NCBI GenBank assembly: GCA_018399955.1
Contig: JAGYNO010000003.1
Coordinates: 30,245 to 94,244, forward strand
Reading direction: 5' to 3'
From: Halanaerobium sp.
GTDB lineage: Bacteria > Bacillota > Halanaerobiia > Halanaerobiales > Halanaerobiaceae
Length of the DNA stretch: 64,000 nt
Shown: positions 41,175-54,348 of the stretch, piece by piece
Position numbering within the stretch: position 1 is the stretch's first letter
Layout: every line of letters starts with the position of its first letter
The notes under the pieces: model-generated
Database searches by the model: none
Told to the model about the DNA's origin: nothing
The model's input: the letters and a program-made list of their open reading frames with translations, nothing else
Position numbers and translations under genes: made by a program

Positions 41175-43322
41175 GTGAAAGATAATGATATAATAAAAAA
41201 TTTAAATCCAGAACAAAAAAAGGCTGTTATGCATAATAGAGGGCCGCTTTTATTATTAGCAGGTGCAGGAAGTGGTAAAACAAGGGTTTTAACAAGAAGA
41301 ATAGCCTATTTGATTAATCAATTAGGAGTTTCTGTATACAATATTTTGGCTGTTACTTTTACTAATAAAGCGGCATCTGAAATGAAAGAAAGAGTTCAGA
41401 AATTACTTGGCGGTGAAGAAAAAAATTTAATGGCCAGTACTTTTCATTCTTTTTGTGTAAGAATCTTACGCAGAGAAGCAGAAAAGCTTGGCTATTCAAG
41501 TAATTTTGTTATCTTTGATACTATTGATCAGCGCAAACTAGTTAAAGAGGTAATCAAAGATAAGAATTTAGATCCTAAAAAGACTAAAGCTTCTGCTGTA
41601 TTAAATAAAATTAGCAGTGCAAAAAACGAATTGAAATCTCCGGATCAATTTCTTGCTTCAGCAGCAAGTTTTTTTGAAAAAACTTCGGCAGAAATCTATG
41701 CTGATTATCAAAAAAGACTAAAAGCAAATAATGCTGTTGATTTTGATGATTTAATTCAGCTTACAGTTAAACTATTTATGAAATATCCTTTGGTCCTCGA
41801 GTATTATCAGGAGAGATATAAATATATACTTGTAGACGAATATCAGGATGTAAATCATGCCCAGTATCAACTGGTAAATTTACTTGCTGCAGAGTACAGA
41901 AACTTATGTGTTGTTGGTGACCCTGATCAGGGTATATACGGCTTTAGGGGAGCAGATATCAGGAATATATTAAATTTTGAAGATGATTATCCTGATGCAA
42001 AAATAATCAAGCTTGAACAAAATTATCGTTCTAAAGGAAATATTTTAAAGGCAGCTCAGTCTGTTATTAAAAATAATAGTTCTAGAAAAGATAAGGGTTT
42101 ATGGACTGATAAAGAAAAAGGAGCAAAATTAGAGTATTACCATGCAAAAGATGAAAAAGATGAAGCTGATTTTTTCTGTCGTAATGTAAAAGAGATGCAA
42201 AACAAAGAGGATTACAGCTACGATGATTTTGCAGTTCTTTACAGGACCAATTCTCAATCAAGAGCATTTGAAGATATGCTTATGAAGTACAGAATTCCTT
42301 ATCAGATTATTGGAGGAGTTAGATTTTATGAAAGAATGGAAATAAAGGATATTATGGCTTATCTTCGCCTAATTTATAATCCAGCTGATGATATTAGCTT
42401 TTTGAGAGTTATCAATAGACCAAAAAGGGGTATTGGAGATGGAACATTATCAAAAATACAGGACTTTGCAGAAGATGCTAATTTAAGTCTTTATGAAGCA
42501 GCTCTTAAGTCTGAGGAAAACCTACTCTTAAGTGGAAGTTATCAAAAGCGTGTTTTAAATTTCATGCAGATGATGGAAGATTTTAGAGCGAAAAAGGATG
42601 AACTGGCCCTGGCCCGATTGACAGAACTGGTTATAGAAAAAAGTGGGTACAGAAGAGATTTGGAGGAAGAAAATACAACAAAGGCAGAAACAAGACTGGA
42701 AAATATAGAAGAACTTTTTTCTGTAATAGATGAATATATGAAAAATAACAGTGAAAATACTCTTGCAGGTTTTTTAGAAGAAGTAACGCTTATGTCTGAT
42801 ATTGATTCAATGGAAGAAGATACAAGTGCTGTTACTTTAATGACTATTCATTCGGCAAAAGGTCTTGAATTTCCAGTAGTATTTTTGGTTGGTATGGAAG
42901 ATGGGATATTCCCACATGCAAATTCGATGTTTGAAAGAGAAGGTATTGAGGAAGAGAGAAGACTCTGTTATGTTGGTATGACAAGAGCTATGGATAAATT
43001 ATTTTTAAGTAGTGCTCAGCTGCGGCTGCGTTTTGGCGAACGACAGATGAATCCTCCTTCTCAGTTTTTAGATGAAATTCCAGAAGAATTAATTTCTAAA
43101 CCTGGTCAAGAAAAGACAGAAATTGCTAAAGAAGCAGAGTTAGTAAATGATAATAATTCGGAAACAGAATATGTTATTGGACAGAAAGTTGTTCATCCAC
43201 GTTGGGGAATAGGAATTATTCTTTCAATTAGAGGCAAGAAGAAAACAGAATTAAAAATTTCTTTTCAGGAAGGTAAAACACGAACTCTTCTTGCGGAATT
43301 TGCTCCAATCCAGAAAGTATAG
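41175..43322 (+). CDS. pcrA: ATP-dependent DNA helicase PcrA
   Basis: AGAGSGKT, VDEYQD, GDPDQGIYGFRGA, EERRLCYVGMTRA, Tudor-like tail VVHPRWGIG. Confidence 0.96.
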   Translation: MKDNDIIKNLNPEQKKAVMHNRGPLLLLAGAGSGKTRVLTRRIAYLINQLGVSVYNILAVTFTNKAASEMKERVQKLLGGEEKNLMASTFHSFCVRILRREAEKLGYSSNFVIFDTIDQRKLVKEVIKDKNLDPKKTKASAVLNKISSAKNELKSPDQFLASAASFFEKTSAEIYADYQKRLKANNAVDFDDLIQLTVKLFMKYPLVLEYYQERYKYILVDEYQDVNHAQYQLVNLLAAEYRNLCVVGDPDQGIYGFRGADIRNILNFEDDYPDAKIIKLEQNYRSKGNILKAAQSVIKNNSSRKDKGLWTDKEKGAKLEYYHAKDEKDEADFFCRNVKEMQNKEDYSYDDFAVLYRTNSQSRAFEDMLMKYRIPYQIIGGVRFYERMEIKDIMAYLRLIYNPADDISFLRVINRPKRGIGDGTLSKIQDFAEDANLSLYEAALKSEENLLLSGSYQKRVLNFMQMMEDFRAKKDELALARLTELVIEKSGYRRDLEEENTTKAETRLENIEELFSVIDEYMKNNSENTLAGFLEEVTLMSDIDSMEEDTSAVTLMTIHSAKGLEFPVVFLVGMEDGIFPHANSMFEREGIEEERRLCYVGMTRAMDKLFLSSAQLRLRFGERQMNPPSQFLDEIPEELISKPGQEKTEIAKEAELVNDNNSETEYVIGQKVVHPRWGIGIILSIRGKKKTELKISFQEGKTRTLLAEFAPIQKV

Positions 43323-45344
<2,022 letters not shown>

Positions 45345-45632
45345 ATGATAGATAAAAAAGATGTTGAATATGCTGCTAATTTAGCACAGTTGAAACTAGA
45401 TGAAGAAGAAAAAGAGCTTTATACAGAGCAGATTGGTAAAATTATTGATTATGTTGATAAATTAAGTGAGTTAGATACAGATAATGTAGTTCCAACTGCT
45501 TATACAGTACCAATGAAAAATGTACTGCGTGAGGATAAAGTAGAAGATTCTCTTCCACGTGAAAAATCTTTAGCAAATGCACCGGACAAAAAAGACGGAC
45601 ATTTTAGAGCTCCAAAAATAATGTCTGATTAA
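45345..45632 (+). CDS. gatC: Asp/Glu-tRNA amidotransferase subunit C
   Basis: LSELDT..PT..NVLRED..LANAP; operon context. Confidence 0.93.
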   Translation: MIDKKDVEYAANLAQLKLDEEEKELYTEQIGKIIDYVDKLSELDTDNVVPTAYTVPMKNVLREDKVEDSLPREKSLANAPDKKDGHFRAPKIMSD

Positions 45633-45653
45633 ATGAATAAGGAGGCAGGTAAA

Positions 45654-47096
45654 GTGAATATTTATGATTTGACAATCCACGAATTAAAAGATAAGTTAGC
45701 TGAAGGAGAATTAACTCCAGCTGAGATAAAAGATGCTTTTAGTAATAGAATCAATGAAGTTGAAGATAAAGTAAAATCTTATATTACAATAACCGAAGAA
45801 CTTGCAGATGAAAAAGTTAAAGATTATGAGAATAACAAAGATGAGATTCTTGCTGGAATTCCAATAGCAGTTAAAGATAATATGTCTACTGATGGTATTG
45901 AAACCAGCTGTGGTTCAAAAATGCTCGAAAATTATAAGCCGCCATATAATGCTGCAGTAATTGAATGCTTAAATAAGGCTGGTGCAGTTATCATGGGTAA
46001 AACAAATATGGATGAGTTTGCAATGGGATCTTCCACTGAAAACTCCGCTTTTTTTAATACTCATAATCCCTGGAATCTTAAACATGCACCAGGTGGATCA
46101 AGTGGTGGTTCTGCAGCTGCAGTAGCCGCAGGAGAATGTGCTGCCGCACTTGGTTCAGATACAGGGGGTTCTATAAGACAGCCGGCATCATACTGTGGTG
46201 TAGTTGGCCTTAAACCAACTTATGGAATGGTTTCTCGTTATGGTCTTGTTGCCTTTGCATCATCTTTAGATCAAATTGGTCCAATTACTAAAGATGTTGA
46301 AGATAGTGCAATTATGATGAACGTTATTGCAGGTCATGATGAAAAAGACTCAACATCTGTAAAAGGAAAAAAAGAGGATTTTAGTAAATACCTAAAAAAT
46401 GATGTAAGCGGAATGAAGATTGGGATTCCAAAAGAATATTTTGAACTTGATTTTAATGAGGAAGTAAAACAAAGTGTTCTTGCAGCTGTAGATAAATTAA
46501 AAGAAGCTGGAGCAGAGGTAGAAACTGTACATATGACTGATGCAGCTTATGCACTTGCAGCATATTATGTTATAGCACCTGCAGAGGCAAGTTCTAATTT
46601 GGCCCGCTATGATGGTGTTAGGTATGGTTTGAGAAGTGAAGAAGCAGATGATATTTCTACAATGTTTACAAATACAAGACATCAGGGTTTTGGTGATGAA
46701 GTTAAAAGAAGAATAATGATTGGCACATATGCCTTAAGTTCTGGTTATTATGATGCTTATTATCTTAAGGCGCAAAAGGTTAGGACATTAATTAAAGATG
46801 ACTTTGATAGAATTTTTAATGATTTTGATTTAGTAATTACTCCAACTGCTCCCAATACAGCGATTGAGCTTGGATCAAAAAGTGATCCTCTCGAAATGTA
46901 TTATACAGATATTTTTACTGTACCTATTAATATTGCAGGTGTACCAGCAATTTCGATACCCTGTGGTTTTGACAGTAATAATTTACCAATTGGTCTGCAG
47001 ATGATAGGCCCTCATTTTGAAGAAGGTAAAATTATTCAGGCAGCATATACTTTGGAAAAATTATTAAATATAAAAGATAAGAGAGCCGAATTATAA
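45654..47096 (+). CDS. gatA: Asp/Glu-tRNA amidotransferase subunit A
   Basis: [32 protein letters not shown]; SD AAGGAGG before GTG 45654. Confidence 0.96.
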   Translation: MNIYDLTIHELKDKLAEGELTPAEIKDAFSNRINEVEDKVKSYITITEELADEKVKDYENNKDEILAGIPIAVKDNMSTDGIETSCGSKMLENYKPPYNAAVIECLNKAGAVIMGKTNMDEFAMGSSTENSAFFNTHNPWNLKHAPGGSSGGSAAAVAAGECAAALGSDTGGSIRQPASYCGVVGLKPTYGMVSRYGLVAFASSLDQIGPITKDVEDSAIMMNVIAGHDEKDSTSVKGKKEDFSKYLKNDVSGMKIGIPKEYFELDFNEEVKQSVLAAVDKLKEAGAEVETVHMTDAAYALAAYYVIAPAEASSNLARYDGVRYGLRSEEADDISTMFTNTRHQGFGDEVKRRIMIGTYALSSGYYDAYYLKAQKVRTLIKDDFDRIFNDFDLVITPTAPNTAIELGSKSDPLEMYYTDIFTVPINIAGVPAISIPCGFDSNNLPIGLQMIGPHFEEGKIIQAAYTLEKLLNIKDKRAEL

Positions 47097-47116
47097 AAAT
47101 AGTGAGAGGTGAAAAA

Positions 47117-48562
47117 ATGTCTAAAAAATATGAAACAGTTATTGGGCTGGAGGTTCATGTACAGTTATCTACAGAATCAAAGATTTTTTGTGGATGCAGT
47201 ACAGAATTTGGTAAAGAGCCAAATGTGAACACATGTCCAGTCTGCTTGGGTTTGCCTGGAACACTACCAGTTTTAAATAAAAAAGTAGTTGATTATGCAA
47301 TACTTGCTGGACAGGCACTTAATTGCGATATTGCTGAATACAGTAAATTTGACCGGAAAAATTATTTTTATCCTGATCTTCCTAAAGCTTATCAAATTTC
47401 ACAGTTTGATTTACCTATTGCAGAAGATGGTAATATTGAAATAGAGACTGAAGAAGGCATATTTAATATAGGTGTTCATAGAGTTCACTTAGAAGAAGAT
47501 GCTGGAAAATTGATTCATGAAGGAAGTATAGATAAATCTAAAGGGAGTCTTGTTGATTACAATAGAACAGGAGTTCCGCTTATTGAAATTGTAAGTGAAG
47601 CTGATATGAGATCTCCTGCTCAGGCGAGGGCATATTTGACAGAAATTAAATTAATAATGGAATATCTAGATATTTCTGACTGTAATATGGAAGAAGGTTC
47701 TCTGCGCTGTGATGCAAACATATCTTTAAGGCCTTACGGCCAGGAAGAATTTGGCACTAAAGCAGAACTCAAAAACATGAATTCTTTTAGTGCAGTTGAA
47801 AAAGGATTAGAATATGAAGTTAAAAGACAGCGGGAAATATTAGAAGATGGCGGCAGGATAGTTCAAGAAACTAGAACCTGGGATGAAAACTTAAATAAAA
47901 CTATCTCTATGCGGGGTAAAGAAGAAGCACATGATTACAGGTATTTTCCAGAACCTGATTTAGTTCCTTTAGAAATTGATGAAGCATGGAAATCAAAAAT
48001 GAGAGAACAGCTGCCTGAGCTTCCAAGAAAAAAATACAAGCGTTTTATTTCAGAATTTGGACTTCCAGAGTATGATGCTGAAGTTATAACTGGGAGCAGA
48101 GAAATGGCAGAGTTCTTTGAACGCGTTTTAAAAGATTATGATGATCCTAAGAATTTAAGCAACTGGATGATGGGAGAATTTTTGAGGCTTTTAAATGAAA
48201 ATAATCATAATCCATTTGAATCTGGTGTAAGCCCAGAGGCTCTTGCTCAGATGCTTATTATGATAGATGAAGAAATAATTAGTGGGAAAATAGCTAAAAA
48301 AGTATTTGAGATAATGTATAATAGCGGCAGAAATCCGGAAAAAATAGTAAAAGAAGAAGGTTTAAAGCAAATAAGTGATGAAGATGAATTAGAAAATATT
48401 GTAGATAATATTATAGCGGAAAACCCGGATGCAGTTGAAGATATAAAAAATGGAAAAGATAGAGCGATTGGTTTTTTGGTTGGCCAGGTTATGAAAGAAA
48501 CTAGAGGTAAAGCAAATCCAGGTATGGTAAATAATATGTTGAGAAATAAATTGATGGATTAA
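47117..48562 (+). CDS. gatB: Asp/Glu-tRNA amidotransferase subunit B
   Basis: [37 protein letters not shown]. Confidence 0.97.
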   Translation: MSKKYETVIGLEVHVQLSTESKIFCGCSTEFGKEPNVNTCPVCLGLPGTLPVLNKKVVDYAILAGQALNCDIAEYSKFDRKNYFYPDLPKAYQISQFDLPIAEDGNIEIETEEGIFNIGVHRVHLEEDAGKLIHEGSIDKSKGSLVDYNRTGVPLIEIVSEADMRSPAQARAYLTEIKLIMEYLDISDCNMEEGSLRCDANISLRPYGQEEFGTKAELKNMNSFSAVEKGLEYEVKRQREILEDGGRIVQETRTWDENLNKTISMRGKEEAHDYRYFPEPDLVPLEIDEAWKSKMREQLPELPRKKYKRFISEFGLPEYDAEVITGSREMAEFFERVLKDYDDPKNLSNWMMGEFLRLLNENNHNPFESGVSPEALAQMLIMIDEEIISGKIAKKVFEIMYNSGRNPEKIVKEEGLKQISDEDELENIVDNIIAENPDAVEDIKNGKDRAIGFLVGQVMKETRGKANPGMVNNMLRNKLMD

Positions 48563-48571
48563 TTAAAATAT

Positions 48572-48597
48572 AAGAGCCCGCATTTTTGCGGGCTTTT
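48572..48597 (+). terminator. terminator after gatB
   Basis: AGCCCGCA-TTTT-TGCGGGCT-TTT. Confidence 0.8.
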
Positions 48598-48605
48598 AAT
48601 AAGGG

Positions 48606-49232
48606 ATGGTCTCCTTGAATTTCAGAGAAATCAAAGGAAAAATACAAAATAGAATACCAGGTTCTACCAGAAATCAGCAGTATTATTCAGTACTACTGCC
48701 TTTAATCTGTATTGAAGAAAAAATGCATCTAGTTTATGAAGTTCGTTCTCAAAATCTTTCCAGACAGCCGGGCCAAATTTCTTTTCCAGGCGGAAGAGTT
48801 GAAAGAGGAGAAGAATTTTCTCAGGCTGCAGTAAGAGAGTGCAGTGAAGAATTACTAATCAATAAAGCTAAAATTAAGTTATTAGGAGAAACAGATTATA
48901 TAATAACTCCATTTAATTTTATAATTTATGTTTTTGTCGGGAGATTAAAATTTGAAGATCTTTCGCAAATAAATGTCAACAATTATGAAGTAGATGAAAT
49001 TTTCTCTGTACCCATTGATTATTTTTTAGAAAATGAGGTAGAAAAGTATTCTGCTGTTTTAAAAAGTGAATTTGATGATGATTTCCCCTATCATTTAATT
49101 CCCCAAATGGAAAAACGCAATCGAAAAAGGGGAGAATATGAAATATATTTTTACAGATATAATGGTAGGATTATCTGGGGAATTACAGCTGAAATCACAA
49201 AAAACTTTATCGATATAATCAGCAATAAGTGA
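48606..49232 (+). CDS. Nudix hydrolase, CoA pyrophosphatase type
   Basis: QPGQISFPGG..AAVRECSEEL; IWGITA. Confidence 0.85.
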   Translation: MVSLNFREIKGKIQNRIPGSTRNQQYYSVLLPLICIEEKMHLVYEVRSQNLSRQPGQISFPGGRVERGEEFSQAAVRECSEELLINKAKIKLLGETDYIITPFNFIIYVFVGRLKFEDLSQINVNNYEVDEIFSVPIDYFLENEVEKYSAVLKSEFDDDFPYHLIPQMEKRNRKRGEYEIYFYRYNGRIIWGITAEITKNFIDIISNK

Positions 49233-49281
49233 AAAAAGAATTATATTTTAAAAAACTTTGTTATTTTTTTCATAAAGTAAC

Positions 49282-49310
49282 TTGACACGAACTTTATTAT
49301 ATCGTATTAT
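49282..49310 (+). promoter_or_regulatory. sigma-A promoter of the ArsR-family gene
   Basis: TTGACA-17-TATTAT. Confidence 0.65.
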
Positions 49311-49349
49311 TTAAATAAAGAAAGCTGAATAAATGGGAGGTAATATATA

Positions 49350-49679
49350 ATGCCTTTTTTTACAGGTGATGATTCTCAAAAAATTTTAAATGAAAACTTA
49401 TCAGTATTAGAAGATGAGGCTGATTTACTTAAAGCAGTAGCTCATCCTATTCGTCTCTGTATTGTTAAAGGCCTTTTAGCTGAAGAAGGCTGTAATGTTT
49501 CTGAGATGCAGCATTGTTTAAAAATTCCTCAATCAACATTGTCCCAGCATCTTGCTAAGTTAAGAGAGGCTGGTATTTTAAAGAGTGAGCGCAACGGTCT
49601 TGAGAGAAACTATTATGTTGTTAATGATCAGATAGTAAAAATCATTAAAGTTTTAAATGAACTTCAACATGATAAATAA
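49350..49679 (+). CDS. ArsR/SmtB-family transcriptional regulator
   Basis: LKAVAHPIRLCI, CNVSE..QSTLSQHLAKLR. Confidence 0.9.
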   Translation: MPFFTGDDSQKILNENLSVLEDEADLLKAVAHPIRLCIVKGLLAEEGCNVSEMQHCLKIPQSTLSQHLAKLREAGILKSERNGLERNYYVVNDQIVKIIKVLNELQHDK

Positions 49680-49703
49680 TAAAAAATTAATACTTAAAAT
49701 ATT

Positions 49704-49731
49704 TAAAAAGGCAGTATATACTGCCTTTTTA
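49704..49731. terminator. bidirectional terminator
   Basis: perfect inverted repeat TAAAAAGGCAGTAT/ATACTGCCTTTTTA between convergent units. Confidence 0.8.
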
Positions 49732-49746
49732 ATTTGTATTTATTTT

Positions 49747-49914
49747 TCATGTATAAAGTTTTTTGAATTTAAACCACAGCCATACTGCAGCCGGTGTAAT
49801 ACTAAAAACTTCGGAAATTGGAACCGTAATTATAACCCATTATTGGCATATATCCCTGATTAAGTCCAAATATCGGCATAAAAATAAAAGACTGTAGGCG
49901 AAAACAAATACCTA
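49747..49914 (-). pseudogene. MATE efflux transporter remnant with an internal deletion
   Basis: minus strand reads VGICFRLQSFIFMPIFGLNQGYMPIMGYNYG, then in another frame PISEVFSITPAAVWLWFKFKKLYT*. Confidence 0.75.
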
Positions 49915-49925
49915 CTAAAAAACAA

Positions 49926-50855
49926 TTAATGCAGATAAACACTCAAATATGATATTAAGGGAATAGTTACCGCAGCCATAAGTGTTGATAAAAATAAGCA
50001 TTCAGATGCAAATACATAATTTGCATCATATCTGTCTGCAAAAATTACTCCATTTGCGGATGCAGGCATCGCAATCTGGATGATAAGAATTGTCCTGATC
50101 GGATCTGGAGTTTTAAAATAATTTAGTACAAAAAGAGATATAATAGGGATAATAAGCAGTTTTAAAAATGAATAAATAATAATATTTATATCTTTAAAAA
50201 TACCTGATATTTTAATTTGGGCCAGGCCACTACCGATTACCAGCATAGATAATGGGAATGTTGCCCCTGCTAACATATCCACTGCATTTTTAATTGGTGT
50301 AAATAATTTTATTCCTGTTATCATCAAAAACAATCCAAAAATAATTGCAATAACACCATTGTTAAAAACATTTCTGAGTTTTAAACTTCTTTTATTATTT
50401 TTACTGAAAAATAGATTTATACCATAAGTCCAGAGAAAAATATGAAAAGCAATAATGCCTATAGACCCAAAAAGAATACCGTTTTCCGGGAATATTACAT
50501 CAATGACAGGCAGCCCCATATATCCTACATTTCCAAATATAAGGAAAAATTGAATAACCCTTTTTTTATCAGCTGGAATAGTAAATATCTTAATAAATAT
50601 GTATGATATTGAAATTAGAACAAGATAAAATATTATCCAGTATAAAAATAAATCACGAAAGTTAGCTAATATTTTTGCATTTACATCCATCTGTAGAGAA
50701 GAGATCAATCGCGCAGGCAGAATAATATCTAATAATATTTTAGAGATTGCACTTGTCTCTTTTTCATCAAGATAACTGCTTTTGCGGAGATAATAGCCAA
50801 CTCCTATTAGTAAGAATAATGCAATAATCTGTAATATAACAATTTGAAAATTCAA
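49926..50855 (-). CDS. AEC (auxin efflux carrier/malate permease) family transporter
   Basis: LPA, FGNVGYMGLP, FPLSMLVIG, AMP, FLSTL; many TM segments. Confidence 0.88.
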   Translation of the reverse strand: MNFQIVILQIIALFLLIGVGYYLRKSSYLDEKETSAISKILLDIILPARLISSLQMDVNAKILANFRDLFLYWIIFYLVLISISYIFIKIFTIPADKKRVIQFFLIFGNVGYMGLPVIDVIFPENGILFGSIGIIAFHIFLWTYGINLFFSKNNKRSLKLRNVFNNGVIAIIFGLFLMITGIKLFTPIKNAVDMLAGATFPLSMLVIGSGLAQIKISGIFKDINIIIYSFLKLLIIPIISLFVLNYFKTPDPIRTILIIQIAMPASANGVIFADRYDANYVFASECLFLSTLMAAVTIPLISYLSVYLH

Positions 50856-51100
50856 CTTTTACCTCCATTCATATTATTTATTTTTTAACTAACTAGAAGT
50901 TATAATTTATCTAATATTAACTATCAAATAATTTTACCATAGAAGAATTTTAGTGTCAAAATATTAGATGATCTCTTTAAAGCAATAAAGTTAGAGCTGC
51001 TTTTTAAGAATATAGATGTTGGCCTATAGTATTTCTTTATGATAAACTAGTTAAGAAGATCAAAATCACAGGAAAAATAAGTAGAGGAGTAATTATCGAT

Positions 51101-52453
51101 ATGGAGATAGGTGAGATTAAAACTATTAAAATAAGTGATTTAGCTTATGGTGGAGACGGGGTTGGTAAAAGCAGTGATGGTAGAGCTATATTTATTCCTT
51201 TAACAGCTCCAGGTGACCTGGTAAAAGCTAAAATAACAAAAATAAAAAAAAGTTATGCTTTTGGAGAATTAATAGAAATATTAAAAAAAGGTGAAGCTAG
51301 AATAGATGCTCCCTGTCCTGTTTATTATGATTGTGGAGGCTGTCAGCTTCAGCATATAAGTTATTCAAAAGAACTAGAATTAAAAAAAGAAAATATAGAA
51401 GAATTAATATCTAGAATTGGAGAGATAAAGGACTTTAAGGTTAATGAAGCTATTTTTGGTGTTGATGATTTTCGGTACAGAAATAAAGCTCAATTTCCTT
51501 TAGAAGTTGATAAAGAAAATAAGATTACTGCTGGTTTTTATAAGAGAGGAAGTCATGAGGTAGTACCCTATCATGATTGTCTTATTCAGCATCCACTTAT
51601 TAATAGGATATTAAAAACCACATTAAAAGAATTAAATAAATTTAAAATTTCTGTTTACGATGAAAAAAGTCATTCAGGTTTATTACGGCATCTAGTTATT
51701 AGAGTAGGTGTATGTACAAATCAAGCTCTTTTAGTTTTTGTTACTAATGGAAGTTATTTTGCAGAAAAAGAAATAATTGCAGAAAATCTTTTAAAAAAAA
51801 TACCAGAATTAAAGGGTGTAGTTCAGAATATCAATCAAAAAAGAACCAATGTTATTTTTGGTGAAGAAAATAAAGTTATAAGAGGCAGAAGCTATATTAG
51901 AGAATATATTAATAAAATAGCTTACAATATATCGGTCCGATCATTTTTTCAAGTTAATACCCTGGTAGCTGGAAAATTATATGAACAGATAAAAACTTAT
52001 CTTGGTCAGAGCGGAAAAGATACTATTATAGATGCTTTTTCTGGTACAGGCAGTATAGCATTATATTTGGCTGATAAAGCTAAAAAGATTTATGCTGTAG
52101 AGTCACTTTCAAGTGCAGTTAAAGATGGCAGAGAAAATGCAGTTTTAAATGGAATTAAAAATATTGAGTTTATTGAAGGTTTAGTTGAAGAAGAATTAGA
52201 TAGTATAGTTAAAAAAGATATTATTGATACGATTATTTTTGATCCACCAAGAAAAGGATTAGATAAAAAAACTATAAAACTATTAAAAAAAGTGAAGATC
52301 AAAAAAATTATTTATATTTCTTGTAACCCTGCAACACAGGCAAGAGATCTTAAAAGTCTTAAGAGCCATTATAATCTTATAGAAGTTCAGCCAGTTGACT
52401 TATTTCCACAGACATATCATATAGAGTCAGCTGCGTTGTTAAAATTAAAATAG
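51101..52453 (+). CDS. rlmD: 23S rRNA m5U methyltransferase
   Basis: TRAM domain, CP..CGGCQLQH, YRNK, SFFQVN, DPPRKG, YISCNPAT, DLFPQTYHIE. Confidence 0.93.
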   Translation: MEIGEIKTIKISDLAYGGDGVGKSSDGRAIFIPLTAPGDLVKAKITKIKKSYAFGELIEILKKGEARIDAPCPVYYDCGGCQLQHISYSKELELKKENIEELISRIGEIKDFKVNEAIFGVDDFRYRNKAQFPLEVDKENKITAGFYKRGSHEVVPYHDCLIQHPLINRILKTTLKELNKFKISVYDEKSHSGLLRHLVIRVGVCTNQALLVFVTNGSYFAEKEIIAENLLKKIPELKGVVQNINQKRTNVIFGEENKVIRGRSYIREYINKIAYNISVRSFFQVNTLVAGKLYEQIKTYLGQSGKDTIIDAFSGTGSIALYLADKAKKIYAVESLSSAVKDGRENAVLNGIKNIEFIEGLVEEELDSIVKKDIIDTIIFDPPRKGLDKKTIKLLKKVKIKKIIYISCNPATQARDLKSLKSHYNLIEVQPVDLFPQTYHIESAALLKLK

Positions 52454-52582
52454 AATTGGTCAGTTAAGGTCAAAAAATATTCTAATTACTTGCTAAGTAT
52501 TAGTGAATTATGATATATTATTATATAGTTATAGTAGTATTTGCTAATTAATAATACTCCAGTAATGGAAGGGGTAAAAAAT

Positions 52583-52855
52583 ATGAACATCTTATTACTA
52601 GTTATATTTACTTTAGTCGGTATAGCTGGTTTGGTGTATAAAGTAGATTCAGGTGTATTTATTGGTTTTGGACTTATTCCATGGCAAATTTTAAAAATAA
52701 AACTAAAAAAGAAATGGGTTCTGTCTGCTATAATTATTACAACATTAATAGGTGGCGGTTATTTTATTTATTTAAATAAATGGTTAATAACAGCTTTATT
52801 TATATTTATTCAGTTATATAATTATTGGGGCTTATTAAATGCCGAAAATGAATAA
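52583..52855 (+). CDS. small hypothetical membrane protein
   Basis: SD AAGGGG; hydrophobic segments. Confidence 0.6.
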   Translation: MNILLLVIFTLVGIAGLVYKVDSGVFIGFGLIPWQILKIKLKKKWVLSAIIITTLIGGGYFIYLNKWLITALFIFIQLYNYWGLLNAENE

Positions 52856-52895
52856 TAAAATATAAAATAACATAATAAAACAATAGGAGGAATTT

Positions 52896-53129
52896 ATGAT
52901 GCTGACATATTTATATGAATGTGAAGAATGTGGAAGATTTGAAGAATTTCAGAGTATTAAAGATGATGCATTAGAAAAATGTCCTAAATGTGGAAGAGAA
53001 GTAAAAAGAATAATAGGAGCTCCTGGTATTTTATTTAAAGGCTCAAATTTTTATGTTAATCAGGAGAAAAAAGCTGATTCAAAACCGATAAAAACTAAAG
53101 AAAATAAAAAAGATGAGAAAGCTTCTTAA
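52896..53129 (+). CDS. FmdB-family zinc-ribbon protein
   Basis: YLYECEECG..FE..Q..CPKCG..FKGSNFY. Confidence 0.85.
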   Translation: MMLTYLYECEECGRFEEFQSIKDDALEKCPKCGREVKRIIGAPGILFKGSNFYVNQEKKADSKPIKTKENKKDEKAS

Positions 53130-53188
53130 AATATAATGAGCCGGCCTTAGTGCCGGTTTTAATTTTAGATATGAAAGAAGGTAAAACA

Positions 53189-54331
53189 ATGGCTGTTGTA
53201 TCATTAAAAAAATGTGGGTCATATGAACAAAAAGAATTAAATAAGAGTTTAGAAAAACTTTTAGAAGAATTAGGAGGTCTTTCTTCCTTTGTAGAAAAAG
53301 ATCAAACTGTTCTGCTCAAGGTTAATCTGTTGATGGGGAAAGAGCCAGATTATGCAGTTACTACTAACCCTGAAATTGTTAGAATAATAGGAAGGAAAAT
53401 TAAAGAATTGGGTGCAGAAGTATTGATTGCTGATAGTCCAGGCGGCCCATTTAATAAAAATGCATTGAAAAAGGCATATAAAAAATCTGGATTTACAAAA
53501 ATTGCTGAAGAAGAAGATTTTGGACTTAATTTTAATACAGATTCACATAAGGTAGAATTTAAAGAAGGTAACATAAATAAGTCATTTCAGCTGGCAGATT
53601 ATCTCAAAAAAGCTGATGTGATTATTAATCTACCTAAATTAAAGACACACGGGCTAACGATGTATACAGGAGCCGTAAAAAATCTATTTGGCTGTATACC
53701 AGGAGTCTTAAAAGCGGAATACCATTTAAGAATGCAATCTGTTTACGATTTTTCTAGAATGCTTAATGATTTAGCTTTACTTATAAAGCCGGAATTAACT
53801 ATAATGGATGCGATAGTAGGTATGGAAGATGAAGGGCCTTCTAATGGAACACCAAAACATTTTAATTATCTTCTTGCTTCAAAATCTCCCTTTTATTTAG
53901 ATTTAGCAGCTGTGAAAATAATTGGAATAGAGGAAGCTGAAAAGGTGCCCTCACTCAAAACAGCTTATGAAGACAGGATAATTGCTGATGATGATTTAAT
54001 ATTAAAAGGAGATAAACTATTTCCATTTGCAGATACCATTATTCCAAAGATTGAGAAAGAAAATAATCTTTTAAATACAAGAATGCCTGATTTTTTAGCA
54101 GATATTCTGGAAAAGTTATTAAGGCCTAAACCTGTTTTTAAAGAAGATAAATGTGTTGGATGCAGAACCTGTTATGAAAATTGTCCGCCAGATGCCATTG
54201 AAATGGTAGATAATTTTCCAGAAGTAGACCTAAGCACATGTATTCGCTGTTTTTGCTGCCAGGAACTATGTCCTTATGATGCAGTAGAAATTAAATACCC
54301 CTTACTTGCCCGAATGTTTTTTTCAAAATAA
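53189..54331 (+). CDS. DUF362 protein with C-terminal 2x[4Fe-4S]
   Basis: VLLKVNL, TTNP, NLPKLKTH, GAVKNLFG, EGPS; CVGCRTC/CIRCFCCQELCP. Confidence 0.85.
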   Translation: MAVVSLKKCGSYEQKELNKSLEKLLEELGGLSSFVEKDQTVLLKVNLLMGKEPDYAVTTNPEIVRIIGRKIKELGAEVLIADSPGGPFNKNALKKAYKKSGFTKIAEEEDFGLNFNTDSHKVEFKEGNINKSFQLADYLKKADVIINLPKLKTHGLTMYTGAVKNLFGCIPGVLKAEYHLRMQSVYDFSRMLNDLALLIKPELTIMDAIVGMEDEGPSNGTPKHFNYLLASKSPFYLDLAAVKIIGIEEAEKVPSLKTAYEDRIIADDDLILKGDKLFPFADTIIPKIEKENNLLNTRMPDFLADILEKLLRPKPVFKEDKCVGCRTCYENCPPDAIEMVDNFPEVDLSTCIRCFCCQELCPYDAVEIKYPLLARMFFSK

Positions 54332-54348
54332 TGGAGGTTTAAAAATTA

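Noticed and set aside
49657-49863. 68-aa + strand ORF
   Set aside because: It crosses a terminator and is the antisense shadow of a MATE remnant
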